Origin: Gemmatimonadota bacterium
GTDB taxonomy: Bacteria; Gemmatimonadota; Gemmatimonadetes; Gemmatimonadales; GWC2-71-9
DNA: 64,000 nucleotides
NCBI GenBank assembly: GCA_039588295.1
Contig: JBDHAB010000008.1
Location: 36,396-100,395 of the forward strand
Direction of reading: 5' to 3'
Position 1 is the first letter of the stretch; the number at the start of each line of letters is the position of its first letter. The notes under the pieces are model-generated. The model worked only from the letters and a program-made list of their open reading frames with translations, was not told where the DNA came from and ran no database searches. The translations under genes were made by a program, and so were the position numbers. Positions 8,005-17,271 of the stretch are shown in pieces.

Positions 8005-10269
8005 GTGTTACGGACAACCCTCCTGGTGGCGCTAGCCTCGGTGGGTCTTGCGACCCGCGCGACGGCTCAGACACCGACCGAGCGTGATTCGATTGAGCAA
8101 TTCCGGGACGTGGTCCGCGGGATGCACGATAGCGTGGCGCTCCGCGACCTCGAATCGAGGATGATCGATCGGGCTCGGGTAGATCGGGACAACGCCTTGC
8201 TCCATGTGCAACTCGGGTTTCTCGCCTATCGCCTTGGCGAAGTGACCGGCAACCAGCCGCACTACGACGCAGCAGGTTCTGAGTTCGAGTGGGCTGCGGA
8301 GCTGGAGCCAGAGTGGCCATATCCGTGGTACGGGTTGGGTCTGGCCGAGTTGGCCATGGGCGAGATGTCGATCATACCGCTCGAGAACATTCGCCAGATA
8401 CTCGGGAAGGACTACCTGTCGAAGGCAACGGCGGCGTTTGCCCGGGCCACCGAAGTCGATCCGTCGTTCGCGAACGCCGTCGTGGATCTGGCGGATGCCG
8501 CGCTGCGCCAACGGATCCGTCCGCGACTGGATGTTGCCCTCGGTGCGGTGCGTCAGGCGGCTGTCACGGAGGCCGGCACCGTGCCTGCCGTGCAGCTCGC
8601 TCGTGGCCGGCTCGAGCGTGGGGTGGGCAGTGGTGATTCGGCGTTGGTCGCGTTCAGTCGGTACCTGGAGTTTGGTGGTGATTCGGGGATCGGATACTTG
8701 GAGATTGCCCGGTCTCTCTATCACGTGGCGCGCGCGCGGGAGGCGGAAGCCACGTACTTCCGCGGCGCCGAACTGGCCGCGTCCGCCGAAGCGACATCGC
8801 TCTACCGGAACGATGTGAGCTGGGCCGCGAGCCCCGAGGAACTCGCAGCCCTCGATGCGACCCAGCCCGAGGAGTGGCCCTCCTGGCTGCGTAGCTTCTG
8901 GAGCCGCCGCGACGTGCTGGACGTCCGTGCGCCCGGCGAGCGGCTGGCCGAACACTACCGGCGGTACTTCTACGCCCTGGAGCACTATCGTCTGGTCAGC
9001 CGACACCGGCGGTACGATGTGGTCAACCCCTATCGAACCGAGCAGCAGGTGTTCGACGATCGCGGCATCATCTACATGCGCCACGGGGAGCCCGACCGTC
9101 GGGCTGTGTTCAACGCTCCGGACGTGAGTCCCAATGAATCGTGGCTCTACGCGCGTCAGGATGGCGGGTTCATCTTCCATTTCGTCGCGGCCGACGACGT
9201 GCAGGATTACAAGCTGGTTGAGAGTGTGGCGGACGTCTTGGGTCTGCGGGCGGCGCTCGAGCTGCAGGCCGGCGGGCAGCAAGGCCAGTTCGGAAATCCG
9301 GTGCTGTCGGCGGCATTCCAGGGACTGTTCGATTCGCGCGTGGCCCTCGACCCCGTCTACCAGCGGCTTGCCGCGGGGCAGGAGGCCGGTCGCGATCGGC
9401 TCCTCGCGGCGGAGCGCCGTGCCGGCGAATTGTCGATTGGCACCGGTACAATCACGGACAGCTATCCGCTCCGGTTCGACGAGTCACTGGGGGCCGTGGT
9501 GCAGAACTTCGTGGTCGGTGATGCCGCAGGTGCCGGAGGGCAGCTCCTGGTGGTATTTGCCGTGCCCGGGAGCGCGCTGGCCCCGGAGGCCTCCGTGGAC
9601 GGCGTCAACTACCGACTGCACCTGCGCGCGCTGGCGGCGACCTCGGACGACAGTGCCGTGGCGTTCGTGGACACGACGCAGGTCGTCACCACCCAGCGGG
9701 CCTTTGGACCGGACGAGCAGGTGAGTGGCTTCCTCACGCTCCCGGTTCCGCCAGGCGATTACACGCTGCGGGTCGCGTTCGCAGAGCCGCGGCGTGAGGC
9801 CGGGCAGCTGCTCACCCAGGAGTCCGTCGCGGTCCCGGACTTCGCGGCAGACGAGCTGATTCTCAGTGACCTCATTGTCGGTCGGCTCGGCTCCGGTCTG
9901 GCCTGGACCACCGGCAGCGACACGGTCGATCTGAGTCCGGTCTGGCGGTTCACCCGCGCCGCTCCCCTGCGCGTGTATTACGAGCTGCATGGACTCGAGC
10001 CTGATGCCGGGTACCGCAGCCGACTCGAGGTCGCCAAACAGGGTGGCGGGTCCATATTCGGCTGGCTCAAGCGCCTCTTCGGGGGTGGAGGCCCGCCGAT
10101 CTCCCTCACGTTCGAGGGCGTGGCGTCTGGCACGACCACCCGCATTCTGCAAACCGTCGATATCAGCGACCTCGATCCAGGCCGGTACCGCCTCCGGGTC
10201 ACGGTGGAGGATCTTACGGCAGGACAACAAGTTGAGCGTGAGGCGACCCTCGAGGTGGTGGGCACGTAA
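8005..10269 (+). CDS. Secreted TPR plus GWxTD-like domain protein with C-terminal beta domains
   Basis: Signal peptide; TPR-like helices; SFWSRRD..EHYRR..FDDRGIIYMRHGEPD..NESWLY pattern typical of GWxTD family; LSDLIVG and PGRYRLRVTVED beta modules. Confidence 0.78.
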   Translation: MLRTTLLVALASVGLATRATAQTPTERDSIEQFRDVVRGMHDSVALRDLESRMIDRARVDRDNALLHVQLGFLAYRLGEVTGNQPHYDAAGSEFEWAAELEPEWPYPWYGLGLAELAMGEMSIIPLENIRQILGKDYLSKATAAFARATEVDPSFANAVVDLADAALRQRIRPRLDVALGAVRQAAVTEAGTVPAVQLARGRLERGVGSGDSALVAFSRYLEFGGDSGIGYLEIARSLYHVARAREAEATYFRGAELAASAEATSLYRNDVSWAASPEELAALDATQPEEWPSWLRSFWSRRDVLDVRAPGERLAEHYRRYFYALEHYRLVSRHRRYDVVNPYRTEQQVFDDRGIIYMRHGEPDRRAVFNAPDVSPNESWLYARQDGGFIFHFVAADDVQDYKLVESVADVLGLRAALELQAGGQQGQFGNPVLSAAFQGLFDSRVALDPVYQRLAAGQEAGRDRLLAAERRAGELSIGTGTITDSYPLRFDESLGAVVQNFVVGDAAGAGGQLLVVFAVPGSALAPEASVDGVNYRLHLRALAATSDDSAVAFVDTTQVVTTQRAFGPDEQVSGFLTLPVPPGDYTLRVAFAEPRREAGQLLTQESVAVPDFAADELILSDLIVGRLGSGLAWTTGSDTVDLSPVWRFTRAAPLRVYYELHGLEPDAGYRSRLEVAKQGGGSIFGWLKRLFGGGGPPISLTFEGVASGTTTRILQTVDISDLDPGRYRLRVTVEDLTAGQQVEREATLEVVGT

Positions 10270-10325
10270 GTTGCCTCATTCGCAGTGGATCTGCACCCTA
10301 GAGCCGGTTGGACCGGGGGGTAGCG

Positions 10326-12278
10326 ATGTACTGTAGCCGCTGCGGCGCCGAAGTCAGTGACCAGGCGAAGTTCTGCCCATCCTGCGGCCTCGATTTTTCC
10401 ACGGTGACGCCGATCGCGCCGGAGGAAACCACCGAGGCGACGGAGATGGACGCCGTGCGCCAGGCCCTGGATGACGAGTGGGGCGTGGAGGTCGAGCTGG
10501 GACGTGGGGGGATGGCCATCGTCTTCAAGGCACGGGACAAGCATCTCGAACGCGACGTCGCCATCAAGGTCCTCCCGTTCTCCCTCGCATTCGACAAGCA
10601 ATTCGTCGAGCGGTTTCAACGCGAAGCTCGGACCGCGGCACGGCTCGAGCATCCGTACATCATCCCGATCTATCGAGTCGGAAAATCCGGCCAAGTGATC
10701 TACTTCGTGATGAAGTACCTCCGGGGCGGGTCGCTGTCGGAGCGGCTGGAACGCACGGGGAAGCTGCGCCCAGACGAGATTCGGCGGATGCTCATCGAGA
10801 CGAGCGGCGCGTTGGGTTACGCCCACCGGCACGGCATCGTCCATCGCGACATCAAGCCGGACAATATCATGTTCGACGAGATGGGCCACTCGATCCTGAC
10901 CGACTTCGGGATTGCGAAGGCGGCGTCGGGTACGCGGCTCACGGGGACCGGGATGTCCATCGGGACGCCTCATTACATGAGTCCGGAGCAGGCGCGTGCG
11001 CAGCAGCTGGACGGCCGCAGCGACCTCTACGCCCTCGGCGTGGTGGCCTACCAGTGTCTCACAGGGGAAGTGCCGTTCGACGGAGAAGACGCCTTCTCGA
11101 TCGGCTACAAGCACATCATGGAGGAGATTCCGTCGCCGGCCCTGGCGACGCCGGAGGCGCGCGAGCTGTACGAGGTCATCCGGAAGATGATGGCGAAGGC
11201 GCCGGATGACCGGTTCCAGACTGCCGAGGAGATCGCGGGGTATCTGCAGAGCGGTGTCGCACCGGGGGAGGAGACGATCCGGACGTCCCCCGGTGAGGCG
11301 CCGAAGGCGGTCCTCAGTACGCCCACCCTCCCGGCGGAAACGCCGAAGCCGACGGGGCAAACGGGACCGCCCACCACACCCACGACCCCCATCCCGTTGT
11401 TCCAGGGGAGGCGCAGACGGAAGCAGCGGCGGGGCCTGGTGCTCACGGGCGTCTTGACGGCCCTGTTCCTTGGGGTCGGCGGAGCCGGGGGGTACTGGTA
11501 CTTCGTGCTTGGGGCCGAGTGGCCGCCCCCGCTCCTGGACGCGTGGCTGGCCGACTCGAATGCCGCGCTCCCGGGCGCAGACGACTCGTTGGACGTGCTG
11601 GCTGCCGACTCGTTGCGGGCCGACTCGCTCAGTGATTCCCTGGCAATCGCGACGGCCGACTCAGCGGCGCCGGTTGACAGCGCCGTCGAGACACCGCCGG
11701 CGACCCCGCTTCCGCCCACGGGCACGCTCGTACTGACCGGGGTGCCCCAACGCGCCCGTTGGTCCCTCGATGGGCAGCTCCAGACCGACACCGTGTTGGC
11801 ACTCTTGCCCCGGACCTACACGATTCGGGTGTCGCGCACGAACTATGAGACGTTCGAGACGTCGGTACCGGTCGGCCGCGGGGAACGGGTGCGCGTGCCA
11901 GTGCCCGCATTGGTCAGGCTCCGACCGACGGAGCCGGCACCGCCCCCCGTCGCGGTTGACTACTGCAGTGAGCCCGGCGCGGATTACAACAAGGACGGGA
12001 GCTGCTTCGACACGGGGCCGCGCCCGAACGACCTGCCGTTGATTCCGCTGCCGGCGGGTGTGTCAGGTTCGCCGAGCGCCGTGCTCTGGGTTCAAGTGAT
12101 GGCCAATGGACAGCCCGGCGTGGTGAAGCTATTCGACGACAGCCGCCGACCGCGTCTGTTCGAGATCGCGGCCATCACGTTTGCACGGCGCGAGATGACG
12201 TACACCGCGGCCACCAAGGCCGGGAGACGCGTGGACTCTTGGCTTCGGCTTCCGGTCCGAGGGCGCGCGCGACAGTAG
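10326..12278 (+). CDS. Hanks-type Ser/Thr kinase: Zn ribbon - kinase - TM - PEGA-like - TonB-C-like
   Basis: CSRC..CPSC, GRGGMAIVF, VAIK, HRDIKPDN, DFG, GTPHYMSPEQ; TM after RRRRKQRR; PEGA-like and TonB-C-like patterns. Confidence 0.9.
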   Translation: MYCSRCGAEVSDQAKFCPSCGLDFSTVTPIAPEETTEATEMDAVRQALDDEWGVEVELGRGGMAIVFKARDKHLERDVAIKVLPFSLAFDKQFVERFQREARTAARLEHPYIIPIYRVGKSGQVIYFVMKYLRGGSLSERLERTGKLRPDEIRRMLIETSGALGYAHRHGIVHRDIKPDNIMFDEMGHSILTDFGIAKAASGTRLTGTGMSIGTPHYMSPEQARAQQLDGRSDLYALGVVAYQCLTGEVPFDGEDAFSIGYKHIMEEIPSPALATPEARELYEVIRKMMAKAPDDRFQTAEEIAGYLQSGVAPGEETIRTSPGEAPKAVLSTPTLPAETPKPTGQTGPPTTPTTPIPLFQGRRRRKQRRGLVLTGVLTALFLGVGGAGGYWYFVLGAEWPPPLLDAWLADSNAALPGADDSLDVLAADSLRADSLSDSLAIATADSAAPVDSAVETPPATPLPPTGTLVLTGVPQRARWSLDGQLQTDTVLALLPRTYTIRVSRTNYETFETSVPVGRGERVRVPVPALVRLRPTEPAPPPVAVDYCSEPGADYNKDGSCFDTGPRPNDLPLIPLPAGVSGSPSAVLWVQVMANGQPGVVKLFDDSRRPRLFEIAAITFARREMTYTAATKAGRRVDSWLRLPVRGRARQ

Positions 12279-12282
12279 CCTG

Positions 12283-12432
12283 GTGATCGGCCCCGCTGCG
12301 TTCCTCGCCCCAGGCGCGGTCGTGCTCAACGATGTGATCCTGGGGCGAGACGCATCGAGCTAGTCCAACACCGTTTTCCGCGGTTACATGGCGGCGATTG
12401 CGATTGGCGACGAGATCAACATCCGGTCGGGC
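12283..12432 (+). pseudogene. Gamma-carbonic-anhydrase (YrdA/PaaY-like hexapeptide) remnant
   Basis: VIGPAAFLAPGAVVLNDVILGRDASS*SNTVFRGYMAAIAIGDEINIRSG; TAG at 12361-12363 at the usual Trp position; homology lost afterwards. Confidence 0.75.
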
Positions 12433-12653
12433 TACAGTCGGGCTGACACCAGGTATGTGATGTGCAAAGCCGAGAGGCTCGGTAACTCGTAGCCGTCTGT
12501 CGCTACTTGCGTGTGGTCGGGCCCGCGTCTACTTTGCGCCGCCACGCTGCATCGGCAACGGTACGACCCTTCGTTTCGGATTAGCTTTCATAAACCGCTG
12601 CACATCGACACCTCGAGTCGGGGCAGGCAGGGTCATTGGGGGATGAATCGGAC

Positions 12654-15134
12654 ATGCAAGTGAAGCCACAGCTCAGTGACAACGCCGTAACCGTCCTCGA
12701 GCGGCGCTATCTCGTGAAAGACGAGAACGGGAAGCCGGTTGAGGGATCCGAGGAGCTGTTTGCCCGCGTGGCGCGCACGATTGCCGCCGCCGATGCGCGG
12801 TACGGGGCGAGCCCCGGGGCCGTTGAGGCACTGGCCGATACGTTTTACGAGCTGATGGCCACACGGGTGTGGATGCCGAACAGCCCCACGCTGATGAACG
12901 CCGGTCGCCCGCTGGGCCAACTCTCCGCCTGCTTCGTGCTGCCGGTCGACGACGCGCTCTCTACCGGTGAGAGCGGTATCTACGACACGCTGCGCAACAT
13001 GGCGCTCGTGCATCAGTCGGGAGGGGGCACGGGCTTTTCGTTCTCCCAGTTGCGTCCGAAGAACGATGTGGTCCGATCGACCATGGGGGTCGCGTCGGGC
13101 CCGGTGTCGTTCATGTCGCTGTATGATGCCTCGACTGAGGTCGTCAAGCAGGGCGGTACGCGCCGCGGCGCCAACATGGGCATCCTGCGGGTCGATCATC
13201 CCGACATTCTGGACTTCATCAGCTGCAAGGACGACATCACCAAGATCACGAACTTCAACATCTCGGTTGCCGTCACCGATGCGTTCATGACCGCGGTGGA
13301 GCGGGGTGAGCCGTACGACCTGATCCACCCGCGCTCCGGCGAGGTGGTGGGCCAGCTCGAAGCGCGAGAGATCTTCGCGAAGGTTGTTCACGGCGCCTGG
13401 AAGACCGGTGAGCCCGGGGTGTACTTCATCGATCGCGCCAACTACTTCAATCCGGTTCCGCATCTGGGCAGCTACGAGGCAACGAATCCGTGCGGTGAGC
13501 AGCCGTTGCTGCCGTACGACGTCTGCAACCTGGGCTCGATCAACGTCGGGGCGTTCGTGCGAGATGGGTCCGTCGATTGGGAGGGGTTGCGGCGGGCCAT
13601 CCATTTGTGCACGCATTTCCTCGACAACGTCATCGACGTCAACAAGTATCCCATTCCCGAGATCGCGGACCTGGCACAGCGCATTCGTCGCATCGGCTTG
13701 GGTATCATGGGATGGGCGGACTTCCTGATTCGCTTGGGGGTTCCCTACAATTCCGACGAGGCGGTCGACTGGGCGCGTCGGCTCATGCGGTTCGTCGACG
13801 AGGAAGCCAAGGTCGAGAGCGAGCGGCTGGCTCGGGAGCGTGGCGTGTTCCCCGAGTGGGAACGGAGCATCTGGGGTCCGGATGCGACGTGCGCCCGCAA
13901 CCTCGAGGGGGCGCGGGTGTGCTCCATGCGTCGCCTGCGGAACTGTAACCTGACGACCGTAGCCCCAACGGGAACGATCTCGATCATCGCGGCCTGCTCG
14001 TCGGGCATTGAGCCCCTCTTCGCCGTCGCGTTCATGCGGAATCAAGCCGGTGTCCTCATGCCCGACGTGAACGAGGATTTCGTTGCCATCGCGAGGCGGG
14101 AGGGATGGTACAGCGAGGAACTCATCACGCGGATCGCGGAGAGCGGCCACATCGACTTCCCGGAGATCCCGGAGCGGTGGCAGCGGGTCTTCGTCACGGC
14201 CCACGACGTCACGCCTGAATGGCACATCCGCATGCAAGCGGCGTTTCAGGAGTTCACCGACAGCGCGATCAGCAAGACGTGCAACTTCCCCAGTGATGCG
14301 ACGGAAGAGCACGTGTGCGAGATCTACGAATTGGCGTACCGACTCGGCTGCAAGGGGGTCACGGTGTACCGTGATGGCAGTCGAGACATGCAGGTTCTAT
14401 CCACGGGCAAAACGGCGAAGCAGGTACAGGCGCAGAGCGAGGCGGACGGAAGTGCCGAGGAACGGCCCGACCGCAAGACCGAGGTTGCGGAATACAAGTC
14501 CACGATTGCCGAGCTCGAGGCCGAGCTCGCTCGCACGAAGCAGCAGTTGCATGAAGTGGAGTCGGAGAACCTGCAGCGACGGGCGAAGCGTTCGCGTCCC
14601 GAGCTCCTGCGCGGTGCCACCCGCCGTCTCGAGACACCCTTGGGTACGCTGTACGTGACGATCACCGAAGACGATCGTGGGCAGCCGTTCGAGATGTTCA
14701 TGAGCCTGGGCAAGGCGGGCGGGGCGCTGATGGCTGATGTCGAGGCCATAGGACGGCTCATCTCGCTCGGCCTGCGATCCGGCATTCCGATCAAGGAGAT
14801 TCATCGCCAGCTCCGCATGATCTCGTCGGATCGTGCGGTGGGACTCGGGCCGCACAAAGTGCTGTCCGTTCCCGACGCGGTCGGCATCGCGATCGAACGC
14901 TGGATGCAAGACAAGCAGGGCGTGCAGCAAGATCTGCTCGAGCAGTCGATGGCGTCGGAGCAGACCTCACCGACGGCCCGGCGGACGACCCCGGGACCAG
15001 ATGGCGTGTTGTTCGAGCAGCACCATCTGAACGCGGAGCAGCATGCCGGAGCCTGCCCCGACTGTGGTTCGCAGCTCGAGTTTGCCGAAGGGTGCATGAA
15101 GTGCCACGTGTGCGGCTTCAGTGAGTGTGGTTGA
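12654..15134 (+). CDS. nrdJ: Vitamin B12-dependent (class II) ribonucleotide reductase
   Basis: MPNSPTLMNAG, LSACFV, RRGANMG, EATNPCGEQPL, APTGTIS, KGVTVYR; C-terminal SVPD domain and CPDC..C..CGFSECG. Confidence 0.93.
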   Translation: MQVKPQLSDNAVTVLERRYLVKDENGKPVEGSEELFARVARTIAAADARYGASPGAVEALADTFYELMATRVWMPNSPTLMNAGRPLGQLSACFVLPVDDALSTGESGIYDTLRNMALVHQSGGGTGFSFSQLRPKNDVVRSTMGVASGPVSFMSLYDASTEVVKQGGTRRGANMGILRVDHPDILDFISCKDDITKITNFNISVAVTDAFMTAVERGEPYDLIHPRSGEVVGQLEAREIFAKVVHGAWKTGEPGVYFIDRANYFNPVPHLGSYEATNPCGEQPLLPYDVCNLGSINVGAFVRDGSVDWEGLRRAIHLCTHFLDNVIDVNKYPIPEIADLAQRIRRIGLGIMGWADFLIRLGVPYNSDEAVDWARRLMRFVDEEAKVESERLARERGVFPEWERSIWGPDATCARNLEGARVCSMRRLRNCNLTTVAPTGTISIIAACSSGIEPLFAVAFMRNQAGVLMPDVNEDFVAIARREGWYSEELITRIAESGHIDFPEIPERWQRVFVTAHDVTPEWHIRMQAAFQEFTDSAISKTCNFPSDATEEHVCEIYELAYRLGCKGVTVYRDGSRDMQVLSTGKTAKQVQAQSEADGSAEERPDRKTEVAEYKSTIAELEAELARTKQQLHEVESENLQRRAKRSRPELLRGATRRLETPLGTLYVTITEDDRGQPFEMFMSLGKAGGALMADVEAIGRLISLGLRSGIPIKEIHRQLRMISSDRAVGLGPHKVLSVPDAVGIAIERWMQDKQGVQQDLLEQSMASEQTSPTARRTTPGPDGVLFEQHHLNAEQHAGACPDCGSQLEFAEGCMKCHVCGFSECG

Positions 15135-15176
15135 GGTCCGACGACGATCGTACGGGAGGGGCCACCGCAGCTGTAC

Positions 15177-15206
15177 CGAAGGGCACGCGTCAACGCGTGC
15201 CCTTCG
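15177..15206 (+). terminator. Hairpin after nrdJ (terminator or stabiliser)
   Basis: 13-bp perfect stem CGAAGGGCACGCG-TCAA-CGCGTGCCCTTCG, extendable by GGCCAC/GTGGCC; no U tract. Confidence 0.55.
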
Positions 15207-15273
15207 TGCCTCAGTGGCCATTTCGGAACGTGCCGGGGTATGGCATATATTGGCTGGTGGAGGCGAGACGGTA

Positions 15274-15456
15274 ATGACCCGATTCCTGGCGTACGTTGGG
15301 GAGCTTCGCGGCGAGCGACGCACGTTGGGTTGGCGCAGCTTTCTTCGCAAACGGGGCTGGCGGCTCGTGGTCGTGGTCGTCGCAGTCTATCTCGTCCGCG
15401 ATCTGGTGCTCTTTCTCGTCCTCCCCCTCGCGATCGCATCCGGCCTCACTCGCTGA
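15274..15456 (+). CDS. Small membrane protein (60 aa)
   Basis: GGAGG RBS and TATATT upstream; basic N-terminus then WRLVVVVVAVYLVRDLVLFLVLP. Confidence 0.65.
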   Translation: MTRFLAYVGELRGERRTLGWRSFLRKRGWRLVVVVVAVYLVRDLVLFLVLPLAIASGLTR

Positions 15457-15469
15457 TGGAGGGGTGCCC

Positions 15470-15838
15470 ATGATGGCCCCGAAGGAATGGGCCCGCGTGA
15501 ACCGCAGTGGCGCACACGGACTGCGACGCGGCGCCTGGTATCCGGTGGTGAGCAACCCCAAAACGGGCATGCTGATCGTCAACGTCAGCAGACACAACAT
15601 CCCGGTAGCTCGGAACCTCGTCGAGCTCAGATCCCAGAGGCCCAAGCAGTGGAGTGTGGTGCAGTTCGATGCGACCGACCCCGGCGCCGAGCGCGCGAAC
15701 CAGGCCAATATTGGGCTCACGTACCTCGTCTGTCCTGCCTGCCGAGGCCGCGCACCGCTCGACGCCGAGAAGCCTCAGGAGGCGACGTGCTCCCAGTGCG
15801 GCGGTGAGTTTCGGATCGACTGGGCGCAGACCTCCTGA
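15470..15838 (+). CDS. Hypothetical protein with C-terminal Zn ribbon
   Basis: [20 protein letters not shown]-domain; CPAC..CSQC. Confidence 0.72.
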   Translation: MMAPKEWARVNRSGAHGLRRGAWYPVVSNPKTGMLIVNVSRHNIPVARNLVELRSQRPKQWSVVQFDATDPGAERANQANIGLTYLVCPACRGRAPLDAEKPQEATCSQCGGEFRIDWAQTS

Positions 15839-15971
15839 CACGCTGACCCCCCGCGGCGCCCTCGGTGCCGGCCCCACGTGCGTCTCATCCAAACGATCCT
15901 GCGTACGGCACCCGATTCGGCGTCTTGCGCGTTCTGCCGTCGGGACCGCGAGGGGTCTATATTTCGAGCCC

Positions 15972-17201
15972 ATGTCGATCCCACCGCGAAGGCGGGCTGT
16001 TTCCGTCACAGTCGGCGACGTCGTGATCGGTTCATCCCATCCGGTCGTCGTCCAGTCGATGACGAATACCGACACCGCTGACGTTGCTGCGACAGTCGAC
16101 CAGGCAGCTGCGCTCGCGGCGGCGGGGAGTGAGCTGGTGCGGGTCACCGTCAACAACGAGGCAGCCGCACGGGCCGTGCCGGAAATCGTGGCGCGGCTCA
16201 CCGATCGCGGCACTCGCGTCCCGATCATCGGCGACTTCCACTACAACGGTCACATCCTGCTGACAAAGTTCCCGGCGTTGGCAGCGGCCCTGGCCAAGTA
16301 TCGGATCAATCCGGGCAACGTGGGCGCGCGACGAGGCGACGAGAACTTCCGCACGATCGTCGAGGTGGCGGTGGCGAACGAGCGCCCCATCCGAATCGGG
16401 GTGAACTGGGGCTCGCTCGATCGCAACCTGCTCACCCAGCTCATGGACGAGAATGCGCGGCGTGCCCAGCCGCTGTCGGCCGAGGATGTGACGCTGAACG
16501 CGATGGTGGAGAGCGCGATGCGTTCCGCGCAACTTGCGGAGGAGGTGGGACTTCCTCACGACCGGATTGTCCTGTCGGTCAAGATGTCCCAGGTCCAGGA
16601 CCTCGTCAGCGTGTATCGCCGGCTGGCACCGCTGTCAGACTACCCGCTCCACCTCGGCCTCACCGAGGCGGGCATGGGGACCAAAGGAGTCGTGGCGAGC
16701 GCCGGAGGAATCGCCATCCTGCTTCAGCAGGGTATTGGCGACACGATTCGCGTCTCACTCACGCCGGCGCCGGGCGGGGATCGGACGGAAGAGGTCCGGG
16801 TGGCGCAGGAGATCCTGCAGAGCCTGGGGCTCCGCAGTTTCGTGCCGCAGGTGACTGCGTGTCCAGGATGTGGGCGCACGACCAGCACCTTCTTCCAGGA
16901 GATGGCCGACCAGATTCAGAGCTACCTTCGTGAACAGATGCCACGGTGGAAGCAGCGACACCCGGGGGTGGAGGCGATGCGGGTCGCCGTGATGGGCTGT
17001 GTGGTGAACGGCCCTGGGGAGTCGAGGCACGCGAACATCGGCATCTCGCTCCCGGGGACCTTCGAGGAGCCCAAGGCACCGGTGTATGTGGACGGCGCGC
17101 TCGCGCTGACCCTAAGGGGCGATCGGATCGTCGAGGAGTTCATCGCACTCCTCGACGACTACGTGGCAAAGTCGTACCCGAGCGCCGGTGCCGGGCACTG
17201 A
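15972..17201 (+). CDS. ispG: HMBPP synthase
   Basis: [57 protein letters not shown]. Confidence 0.97.
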   Translation: MSIPPRRRAVSVTVGDVVIGSSHPVVVQSMTNTDTADVAATVDQAAALAAAGSELVRVTVNNEAAARAVPEIVARLTDRGTRVPIIGDFHYNGHILLTKFPALAAALAKYRINPGNVGARRGDENFRTIVEVAVANERPIRIGVNWGSLDRNLLTQLMDENARRAQPLSAEDVTLNAMVESAMRSAQLAEEVGLPHDRIVLSVKMSQVQDLVSVYRRLAPLSDYPLHLGLTEAGMGTKGVVASAGGIAILLQQGIGDTIRVSLTPAPGGDRTEEVRVAQEILQSLGLRSFVPQVTACPGCGRTTSTFFQEMADQIQSYLREQMPRWKQRHPGVEAMRVAVMGCVVNGPGESRHANIGISLPGTFEEPKAPVYVDGALALTLRGDRIVEEFIALLDDYVAKSYPSAGAGH

Positions 17202-17271
17202 GTCGAGCTGTCGAACGAGCGCCGGCGGGCCGGGTTGCGTCACGCCCACGTCCGCACTCCTGTGCTCGAAG

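Noticed and set aside
12433..12653. NrdR boxes or cobalamin riboswitch upstream of nrdJ
   Set aside because: No convincing consensus match by eye; PWM or Infernal scan needed.
12633..14312. 559-aa minus ORF and similar long antisense ORFs (8032-9282, 21873-23123, 24126-25745, 48316-49893, 61447-63075)
   Set aside because: High-GC shadows of well-supported genes; no motifs.
15155..15225. GCCACCGCAGCTGTA resembling a cobalamin riboswitch core
   Set aside because: Lacks GGGAA/GGTG elements and B12 box; explained by the extended hairpin.
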